From Podarcis erhardii (lineage: Eukaryota), in the NCBI GenBank assembly GCA_964252035.1, contig OZ176202.1: a DNA stretch of 64,000 nucleotides, one strand, 5' to 3'. The translations under genes were made by a program, and so were the position numbers. Shown here one piece after another: positions 52,530 through 62,203 of the stretch (position 1 is the stretch's first letter; every line of letters begins with the position of its first letter). Below the pieces are notes generated by a model that saw only the letters and a list, made by a program, of their open reading frames with translations, made no database searches and was not told where the DNA came from.

Positions 52530-52820
52530 TGTTATGTACTGAAATTCTCACCCTGGGCCAGCAGGGGAATACTGTAGATAGTTATGCAAATGAAGGATCG
52601 AAAGTGACATTCAGTGATTGGATAGTTTGTATGCAAATGAAGGATTGAAAGTGACGTTCAGTGATTGGGTAGTTTTAGAAAGTTGCTACAGTTACGTTGT
52701 TCTGGAGCTCTATATAAGCAGGCTGACTGAGCTCTTCAGTTCAGTTCTGTTCTGGCCTCTGAATAAACAGCTGCTTGAAGAATCGCTGTGTTGTCTGATA
52801 TGTTCGCCCAGAACTTAACA
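52530..52820 (+). mobile_element. Solo LTR, family X (291 bp)
   Basis: TGTTA...TAACA termini; perfect 5-bp TSD gtata (52525-52529 / 52821-52825); TATA box tatataa 52711-52717; aataaa 52762-52767. Confidence 0.93.
52584..52717 (+). promoter_or_regulatory. LTR U3 promoter: 2x47-bp repeat (octamer + inverted CCAAT) upstream of TATA
   Basis: atgcaaat at 52584-52591 and 52631-52638; attgg at 52617-52621 and 52664-52668; tgacgt 52652-52657; TATA 52711. The same layout occurs in the 29683-29966 copy. Confidence 0.7.
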
Positions 52821-53119
52821 GTATACACATTATTTGACTGGAGAACTACACTGCAAAATTCAGAAAAGTGTGAATTTCAAAGGATAGATGTGCTTCAGTT
52901 CTTTGTTTTGTTTTGGAAAGCATGGATTAAGGAGGTTCACTTAATCCATCAAATTTCTCCAACATTCCTACTCATTAACCAATCATACAAATCACCTAAA
53001 TAGCTGTACAGTTACTATGCTTGGTTATCTTATATTCAGCTAAGCTTTTCTTATAATTGCCGCAGACCACACTTCTTGCTCTTTTGGGGCTATTTTCACC
53101 CTTTATGGTGATGCGTCTT

Positions 53120-53200
53120 TCTGTCTACTGATGACGTGATGTGGGCTTTGGTCCATGAAAGCTTATGCAACAACAAATCTGTTGTGCTTATATGACTCCT
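53120..53200 (+). mobile_element. Degenerate Penelope-like element 3' tail with hammerhead-like core
   Basis: ctgatga (53128-53134)...gtgggc tttg gtccat gaaa gcttatgc...aaatctgttg matches the PLE tail pattern ctgatgaag...ccacgaaagcttatgc. Confidence 0.5.
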
Positions 53201-53274
53201 TACTAATGGTACTACCCCACTGGAACTTGAGAATACCAACATCTGTAAAAGCAGCTGTATCCATTTAATTAATA

Positions 53275-53519
53275 CAGTGGTACCTTGGTTCCTGAACAGC
53301 TTAGTTCTCGAACAAATCAGCTCCCGAATGCCACAAACCCAGACGTAAGTGTTCTGGTTTGCAAACGTTTTTCGGAAGCCAAACATCCCAACGCGGCTTC
53401 TGCAGCTTCCGATTGAGTACAGAAAGCTCCTGCAGCCAATCGGAAGACATGTCTTGGTTTTCGAACAGTTTTGGGTGTCAAATGGACTCCCAGAACAGAT
53501 AAAGTTTGAGAACCAAGGT
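53275..53519. mobile_element. Tc1/mariner MITE, family B, right TIR truncated
   Basis: TA+cagtggtaccttggtt at the left; the right end stops at aaccaaggt; body homologous to 56313-56553. Confidence 0.85.
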
Positions 53520-54304
53520 CTTGGCAACCTATGTATTTGTTAAGGTGCCTATCACAAACGGTTACACACTTATACAGGAAAAGTAGTCAGGCTTGTTAAG
53601 ACAGGCTCCAACTTCGGAAAATTCTGAAGCCCCCCAGGCAGACAGGAAAGGAAAGCTGGTGCCACTGGTTGCCTCTCTTATCCCCATTCATTTGTTGTTA
53701 ATCTCTGTTTGTCATATCCATTTTAGAAGGTTCTCCCACTCTTAACCCTGAGGGGAAATCACTTGCCAGAAAGAGAGATAAGCAATAGAGAGAGGAAGGC
53801 AGGCATTAGCTCCTGTTTCAACTGCATAGTGTCCTCCAGCTTTCTAAGCCTCTCTACAGGGATATTCCAGAATTCTCAACACTCAGCTTATAGGCAGCCA
53901 TGGTTCATGTGTGTAACCATGGCTCTAAGACCACTGTCGCATGCGTCTTGAAAATAATGGCTCTAAGACCACTGTCACATGTGTCTTGAAAATAATTGGA
54001 ATCATCACCACCCACTGCATCGACCCGTTCATACTTCCAAGATTCAGAAGTCAATGTCTCCCTCCTCACTTCACCCCCGAACATCTAGTCTGCCTTTCCC
54101 ATTTGTCTATCCCTGAATTTGTGCCCTTTCGATGCCAACATAGTTGTGAAGTGACCCAGCCGTCTGTTTCCATTAGAATACTTCTACAAATCAAAGCACA
54201 GGAAACCCACAGTCAGGACAATAGGGCAATAACCCTCTCACACTGAACACCAGTCACTATTCAGAGGCATTCTGCCTGTGATTGCCTATCATATATATCA
54301 AGCA

Positions 54305-54510
54305 TGTAGCCATTATACAGCAAATTCCTGCATACTTGGTGGCAAATTCCAAATGTATTGTGTGAAGTATTTCCTTATGTCTGTCCTGAATCTTCTAACA
54401 TTCAGCATCATTGGATGACCCCGGGTTCTACAATAAGAAAAAGAAAGCAAAGAGAGAGGGCTTCTTTCTGTCCACTTTCTCCATCCCAAGCATTATTTTA
54501 TACACCTATA
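54305..54510 (-). mobile_element. CR1 3' fragment
   Basis: gaagtatttccttatgtctgtcctgaatctt...ctttctgtccactttctccatccc is the reverse complement of the CR1 ORF2 end. Confidence 0.65.
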
Positions 54511-54729
54511 TTATGTAAACCAGGGGAGGTGGTGGGTGTGCCAGAACAGTGTTTGGTTGCAGTAATGGACTGAGTGGGTGCCAGCTGTTACCAAATATTT
54601 AAATCTCTCACCTGTTCCATCCCAAAGGAATGGATAACCTTCACTGAGGATTGCTTTTTGCACACATGACAAAATGTTCTCCACACACACCCTGAAATCG
54701 TAAGAACTTTATAACCTAGTAAGTGCCTG

Positions 54730-55050
54730 CTGGCTGAGGCCATTGAATGGCCCATCTAGTTCAGCATCCTGTTTTCACAGCAGCCAACCAGATGCCTGGG
54801 GAAAACCCAGAAGCAGAATCTGAACAAAGAAGCACTCTCCCCTTCTGCGGTTTCCAGCATCAGGTATTCAGAAGCATTCTTCTTCCAACAGTGAACACAA
54901 CCATCATGGTTAGTAGCCACTGACAGCCTTATCCTCCATGAATTTGTCTAAACCTCTTTTGAAGCCACCCAAACTGGTGGCCACCACTGCCTCTTGTGGG
55001 AGCAAATTTCATAGTTTAACTGATTTTAAGTACTTCCTTTTTGTCTGTCT
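54730..55050 (-). mobile_element. CR1 3' UTR plus ORF2 end fragment
   Basis: ggcccatctagttcagcatcctgttttcacag...tagccactgacagccttatcctccatgaatttgtctaaacctcttttgaagcc is a typical squamate CR1 3' end. Confidence 0.75.
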
Positions 55051-56037
55051 TGATTCTATGAAACACTGATTCTGTGTTATTCATTTAAAATGTGAACAAG
55101 CCAGCAACATGGGCTAACACACCAAAAACTAACAAATACGACATATATCTTGAACCAACAGACTTCCAAGGCACCCGATGAGGAAGGCCAAATTGCAAGG
55201 TTTCACAATGTGCTCCAAAAGATGGTCACAATTGGCTTTCATAATTCTCCAGCGTTAAGGAAGATCCACAACTAGGCCATCACCACCAATATCATTATAC
55301 AATAACAAAAAATCCTGGGAGGCCTCCAGAAAGCTTGGTTCATTCCCTGTCTTATTCACGGGGATGCTAGTGCAAATAACCATATAACAGAGAATATTTT
55401 ACAAGAAGGAAAGCATGCCATTCATAACACAATCTAAATTTACAGGGCCAACTCCTGTTTTCTTTTTTTTTTGTCATTTTAGCCACCCAGGTTCCATCAA
55501 TAAATTATCTCCATGACGGCTGGCTCCCTGAAACTTTGTGGACATTCTATATCCATAGCCATGGAAACAGCCCATTTCTAGCTGAATTAGTCATGGACCT
55601 CATCCTCCCCAAATATCAACAATGTATTGCTCCCCCCCCCCTTCAGCCATACCAAGCAACAACTGCATACACACAACTTCAGCAACATTTGCATACTGTG
55701 GCCCAAACATATATGCATCCATTCTGACAATGATTCATTGTCCTTTTAACTGGAAAGTACCAGTGTTTTCAGTTCTTATCAATTTCATCCTCACCTTGAA
55801 GAGCTGAGAACTACTGGACTCAATAGTGGTTTCAATAGTGCAAAAATGGAAATGAGGCAGCTGTTAACAAATTATGAACTAATTTCTTATAGAAGTATTG
55901 TATAGCCTAGCCATTAATATAACTCAAGAGCATTGTTAAGGGTCAACATTTAAGCCGTATTTTGTAATTTTCATAATACAGTACTAGTTCACACTAATTC
56001 CAATAACTTCTATATCCTAATGCATACCCAACAATTG

Positions 56038-56042
<5 letters not shown>

Positions 56043-56073
<31 letters not shown>
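56043..56073. repeat. (AT)n microsatellite
   Basis: Read directly. Confidence 0.9.
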
Positions 56074-56077
<4 letters not shown>

Positions 56078-56312
56078 TTGTTCTAGGGCATCCCCTCCAA
56101 CAAAACTCAGTTGCTGAGATTTTCATGTGTGTGAGAGAGGGAACACTGTCTTGACTGGGGTCAAACATGATAGGGTTAACACCATAGGCACCCACACCAG
56201 AGGGCATGCATGCATACTGCAGAGTCTATTCCAGCCCTATCTCTCCACCATTTGGATGTTCTGGCACATCTCACATCTGTACATCTCACCAGGGGTACCA
56301 ACTTTACTAATA

Positions 56313-56553
56313 CAGTGGAACCTTGGTTCTCGAACGCCTTGACACTCGAACATTTGGTCTCCCAAATGCCAAAAACCCGGAAGTAAGTGTTCCAGTTTTT
56401 GAACATTTTTCGGAAGCCGAACATCCGATGCGGTAGTAAGCTATTGTTTCTGGGGCACCTGCACCAATTGGAAGCCGTGCCTTGGTTTTCGAACGTTTCA
56501 GAAGTCGAACGAACTTTCGGAACGGATTATGTTCGAGAACCAAGGTACCACTG
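56313..56553. mobile_element. Tc1/mariner MITE, family B (complete)
   Basis: TA TSDs; TIRs cagtggaaccttggttctcgaac / gttcgagaaccaaggtaccactg. Confidence 0.92.
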
Positions 56554-57202
56554 TAGGGAGAAGTAATACTTATTAAAAGAAAACAGTTGACTATTGGTAG
56601 TTTTAGCAGGGTGATTTGATAACATTTTCCACCATCTGGGTCACTTTCTCTGTTTTTAGATATTTCTTATCTTACAGAGAGTTGGGAAATCCAGGGCCCT
56701 TACTCTCATTTTAAGTCACATTGACACATTTAAGACTTGAGTGCCATGGGATTTGTTTGGGGGGAGGTAGGAGGTGAAAAGGTGAACAGATCCTAATGAA
56801 AGCCTTGGGATTAATTAAGAGGAACATATAATATTTCCACACCTCCTGGTCAAATTCTGGCTTCCTTCCATATTGGCAGGTCATATCTGTCCTGAATTTA
56901 CCTTTGCACGCTGGAGAGTAGGGTATGAATCATATCTCTTTAGTAAAACCTAGAGGCCAAGCCCTTCTCTGAAAGTGCAGCTTAAAATGGGTATTTACAA
57001 AAAGTTTGCAAAGCCCAGATACAGTTGTGAATGAGTTTCCCTGTGAGTAGAAAAATCACATCTCCAAAGGGAAATTGAACTATCTATTTAGCTAGCTCAA
57101 TGTGGGCTGGTATGTGGTTGTGTCACTCATTTCAGAATGCCATTTGAGAACGAAGTCTTTCCCCCCACTTTACACTCTGTTTGATTGTATGAACATCTAA
57201 AT

Positions 57203-57341
57203 CAGTATTGTTTTTTTAGAAAAGGAGGTGCCAGAGCTCACCTCAAACTTCTCCCTTGTTCTCTTAGAATGGCAATGGCACCCACCTGAGGTGCCAGAGC
57301 TGAGCTCCTGTGAGTTCCGGCTGGGGGGGGGGGGAGCCCTG
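57203..57341 (-). mobile_element. hAT MITE, same family as 20997-21127
   Basis: The reverse complement shares ggcacctc(tc)aggtgggtgccattgccatt..aagagaacaaggg with 20997-21127. TSD only partly preserved (atctaaat / atctgtaa). Confidence 0.8.
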
Positions 57342-58968
57342 ATCTGTAAGAACCCCCATCACTGCCTTTCAAGCTGAAATCTGGTTAGCAATATCCTTAT
57401 TAAATAACCTGATTCACTTCACTCCATTAATCAGACAGTTCTGGAATAATATTCTATGGTTAAATGGAAGGAAAGAAGGTGAAAATCTGCAAGGAGAAAA
57501 GTGAAGTTCCCCAAATCTAGCTGCAAATTAGACTCATTATCCAAGGGCACCTCTCGAACCTTTCTCTTCCCATAGAGAAATGCCTTGGCTAAGGGACTGT
57601 CACATATTGTTCAGGGAGTTCCACCCACCAATAGGAAGAATAAATGATGAAGACTCTTAAGAGTCCAGAGAGACTCATTAAGGCCAAGACCACAAAAGAG
57701 AGACATCTGCACCACAGGTAAGCCCTGAAGATTACTGAATCCTAATTTGAGGAAGACGTCTGATAACCCAAGGGCAGCGTGCTGAACACTCTGGAGAAGT
57801 TACAACAGCCCTAGCAACTTTGATATAATAGGTTTGTCTTAATTAGTATTAACCTATATACAATGTTATAATGCAAAGCACTAAAAGGGTATATATATAT
57901 ACGATAAAAGAGCTCTTGGTAACCTGGCTGGAGCAATTGTACATATGGATGCATAAGTATACCGAGTTTTCGCATGTCATTTGGAAATCACAAATATAGC
58001 ATAATAAATGTGGGAAAATATCTACAACATATGTTTCATTACTAGTGATCAATGTATAAATTCTTGGTTTATGAATTGGTTTAAAGAATTAGGAATAAGA
58101 AGAAGGGGGGAAGGGGGGAAGAGGCAAGTGGGGTGAAGCACTTGCAGCAAGGAGAATATTTTCTCAGGACTGTATCTTGGCCTCAAAATTTAGGCCCAGC
58201 ACTCTTGTTAAAGCCAATCAATGCTGCCAGACGGACCCCTAAATGGTGAAATTAAGCATTTATACACAAGCCCAGAGATTTAAGCTTCCAAGCCTGTAAT
58301 GCCCTCATATAGGTGATTTAAACAGGAGGCAGGCAAGCTATGAGTGGAGAGGTTCTTCCCCACCCCCAGAGCTCAGATTCTATGATCTATTTTCAGCATG
58401 ACTGACATGCCTCGGCAAATCAGCATGAGTGGCGTGCATCAGTGATTTAGTGAACGCTGGGCCTTTAATGTCAGTGAAAGGTCAATAACTGGAATTGAAT
58501 TCAGCTCGCTATGAATGGTATAACAAGTCTGAAGAAATCGGGCTTTCCTTCATAAGACACAAAGGAATTACCAGACGACGACAACAACACAGCTCAATAG
58601 GTTCATAAGCCTGCCTCCCTCAGCTTTAACTGTCAGCCCTGTGCTTATAGTGACTGCCTACTATTTTCTTCCCATTTCATGGAAAGATTCAGATGGTGAT
58701 CCCAAAGCTAATTACATAGAAAGCAGTCTCCCTTAACTGAATAGGATTTGCTTCCATTTATTAATGTCTGAAGGTTTAGGGGGTTGACTATAAATAAAGT
58801 ATCTCCAAATCAGGATGTTGGTTCACACAGCAGTTTATCTCAAATTATTAGTTTAATAAAAGATTTATAAAATAAAATATAAAAAAATACACAACCATGA
58901 GACTCAATACAACATTTCTGAGGTCCAGAATTAAAGTTATGCCTACAGACATTACTGGTTCCAAATTG

Positions 58969-61900
58969 ATAGATAGATAGATAGATAGATAGATTCTTTA
59001 TTGTCATTACACAAGTGCAACATTGCACAAGTGCAACGAAATTGGATGCCATCCCTTAAAAACAACAAAAGCAAAACAACAACAACAACCAAACAAACCA
59101 CATTCCAGCCACACCCACACCCACACCCATCAAACTCCCAGGTCACACTATCGAGTTACTGCATTTAAGAAGGCCACAGCTCTTGGATAGAAACTATTTT
59201 TCAGTCTATTTGTCCTTGACTTGATGTTTCTGTATCTCCTGCCAGAAGGCAGTAGTACAAACAGACTGTGTCCCGGGTGAGATGCATCCTGCAGGATATT
59301 GTTTGCTTTCCTAAGACAACGGGAACCGTACAGTTCTTCCAAAGATGGGAGGGGATGACCAATAATCCTTTGGGCTGTGGTTATGACCTTCTGGAGCACC
59401 TTCCTCTTCCTAGCTGTACAGCTGGAGAACCAGGCACAAATACAGTATGTGAGAATGCTCTCTATGGAGCCTCGGTAGAAGGACACCAGCAGTCTCTCAC
59501 TCAGATTGTTCTTCTTTAAAAGTCTGAGGAAATAAATTCTCTGCTGGGCCTTCTTCACCAGAGCAGTGGTATTTGCGCTCCAAGTCATGCCCTGATCGAT
59601 AGTCACTCCCAAAAACCTGAATTCCGCCACCCTCTCCACCCGTTCCCCGTTGATATACAAGGGCTGAATGTCCGCCTTTTTTTTCCTGTAATCCACCACC
59701 AATTCCTTGGTCTTAGCCGTATTAAGAGCCAGATTGTTCTCTCCACACCAAGCACAAAGCCGCTCCACCTCGTCCCGATAGGCGGACTCATCCCCTCCTG
59801 AAATGAGCCCCACCACCGTAGTGTCATCAGCAAACTTGATGATTTTGTTGCTGGAATAAATGGCTGTACAATCATACGTATAGAGAGTATAGAGCAGGGG
59901 ACTCAACACACAACCCTGTGGTGAGCCGGTGTTAAGGCTAAGGGCTGTGGACATATGTGACCCTACTCTAACCCTCTGAGAACGTTCTGACAAAAAGTCC
60001 AAAACCCAGAGACAGGTGGAGTTGGAGAGTCCAATCGCCTCTAGCTTGGACACCAGTCTATGGGGGAGGATAGTGTTAAAAGCAGAGCTAAAATCCACAA
60101 ACAGCAGCCTCACATAACTCCCCGGCTGCTCCAGATGGAACAGAGCAGCATGGAGAGTGGTAGTGATAGCGTCTTCCGTGGATCTATTTGCCCTGTATGC
60201 AAACTGGTAGTTGTCAAAAGTTGATGGAAGACAGGAAATAATGTGACGGCGCACCAGTTTCTCAAAACACTTCATGATGATTGGAGTCAGTGCAACTGGT
60301 CTGTAGTCGTTCAGACTACTGATTGTGGATTTTTTAGGCAGAGGAACAATAGTTGACGACTTCAGGCAGGGTGGGACAATAGACTGGTGTAAGGACTTGT
60401 TGAAGATCTTAGTAAAGACCCTCGCCAGCTGATCCGCACAGCCCTTCAACACCTTTCCCGTGATGCCATCAGGTCCAGCAGCCTTCCTCGGATTCACCAT
60501 CCTCAATACCTGTCTCACCTCATGCTCCTCTACAGTGAATGAGGGGCCCCTATGGGCTGGTGGCTGTAATACCGGCGTCTCAGGTGGCTCCTTCTCGAAG
60601 CGAGCAAAGAAGAAGTTAAGCTCCTCCGCCAGCAAAGGGTCACCGTCGACAGCACCAAGGTTAGGTTTGTAGTTGGTAATATGCTGAATCCCCTGCCACA
60701 TCTGTCTTGTGTTGTTACTCCTTAAATTATCCTCAATCCTCTGCCTATAGACCAGTTTTGCCCGTCAAATACCCCTCTTCAAGTTTGCTCTTGCCACACT
60801 GTAAAGCTGCACCTCGCCCGACCTAAAAGCCCTGTTCCTTTCCCGCAACAGGCACTGGACCTCTCTATTCATCCAGGGTTTCTGATTGGGGTAAAACCGG
60901 ATGGATTTATTTACTGTGACAGTGTCTGTGCAGTGATTGATATAGCACAGAACTGCCGCCGTGTGCTCCTCCGGGTCTGAACGATCGAAAATGTCCCAAT
61001 TGGTTCTCTCAAAACAGTCCTGCAGCTGATGGATAGCACCTTCAGGCCAGATTTTAACAGTCCTTGATATTGTGGGAGCCCGTTTCCTGAGTGGGATATA
61101 TGCTGGTACCAGGAACAGAGACATATGGTCGGACTGGCCCAAATGTGGCAGCTGTAAAGCCCTATAGCCGTGATTTACATTCGAATAAACTTTGTCCAGT
61201 GTCTTGTCCCCTCTTGTGGGACATTTCACATGCTGATAGAGCGTTGGGAGCACTGTTTTAAGTTCAACATGATTGAAGTCTCCCGCAATGATGTGCACAG
61301 CTTCAGGATGCTTGTCTTGCTGGCTGCTGATAAGGCTCTGCAGGCATCCCAGCGCCAAGTTGGCATTGGCATCTGGTGGCACGTACACACCAGTTAGCAT
61401 AACAGCTGTAAACTCCCTAGGGAGATAGGCTGGTCTACATTTAACAGCCACATATTCCAAATCCGGTGAACAGTAACTGCCAACGGTCTTAGAATTATTG
61501 GACCAGCATTTGTTCACATATACACACAGCCCCCCTCCTCTGGTTTTTCCGAAGTCCATGCCTCGGTCATGACGATGTACCACACAGCCTTCCAACTGAA
61601 TAGCCGTGTCTGGTATGGACGGTTGAAGCCATGTCTCAATGACAAATAAAACGCAGCAATCTTTTACAAGACTGTTCTTTGCCGCCAGCAGCCTCAATTC
61701 ATCCATCTTGTTGGCAAGAGATCTCACATTAGCAAGAAATATGCTAGGGAGTGGTGGTTTAGATGGACTCCTCTGCAATCTTACCAGGACGCCGGCCCGA
61801 CAACCCCGCCTTTGCCTCCTGTCTCTACGCCGCCTTCGCCTCCTCCCTGGCGGCATAGTAATCCATGGAGAACCCGGTGGCCTGGCTACTCCCACAGGAG

Positions 61901-62089
61901 CGTTATCTGGTCGAAAATAATCAGCTCTCACAGCTTGTTCACACTGTAACCCGACCTTCAGGAGTTCCTGCCTGCTATAAATCTTTCTTGCCCGGCCAAA
62001 CATACTCAGAACAAGTAAAAATAAAAAACAAAGAACAAGTAAAAATAAAAAACAAAAGGAGAGCACTGAGCCGCAGCGTAAAATAAAAT
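58969..62089 (-). mobile_element. Near full-length Rex1/Babar-type non-LTR retrotransposon (about 3.1 kb)
   Basis: Single APE+RT ORF; the 3' end reads aatgacaataaag followed by a (CTAT)n tail; identical 56-bp TSD at 58913-58968 and 62090-62145. Confidence 0.93.
59148..62003 (-). pseudogene. Rex1-type APE endonuclease + reverse transcriptase ORF (951 codons) with one premature TGA at 60765-60767
   Basis: Track ORFs 60765-62141 and 59148-60701 are in frame and joined by ...ANLKRGI*RAKLVYRQRIEDNLRSNNTRQMWQG. APE motifs LANVRSL, VIETWL, GDFNH, TLDKVY and SDH and RT motifs YRPVALT, DFSSAFN, PQGCVLSP and FADD are all present. Likely start ATG at 62003 (MFGRARKIYSRQELL). Confidence 0.92.
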
Positions 62090-62203
62090 CATTTCTGAGG
62101 TCCAGAATTAAAGTTATGCCTACAGACATTACTGGTTCCAAATTGCTTAGTCAACAAGACTTTGGACACAGGAAAACACAAACGCTCCAAGATTTGATTT
62201 TTA

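Larger units (their letters stand above)
52275..52970. mobile_element. Old AT-rich interspersed repeat interrupted by the family X solo LTR
   Basis: Sequence either side of 52530-52820 (ttctccacatttcc...aaatgcatttg / ggagaactacactgcaaaattc...) reads as one continuous degenerate repeat. Class not determined. Confidence 0.35.

Noticed and set aside
62004-62141. N-terminal extension MEPVMSVGITL...FLLVLS of track ORF 60765-62141, with a hydrophobic stretch resembling a signal peptide
   Set aside because: It begins inside the target-site duplication (host DNA) and runs through a T-rich 5' UTR containing a 24-bp tandem duplication. The frame is open by chance; the Rex1-like sequence starts at ATG 62003.
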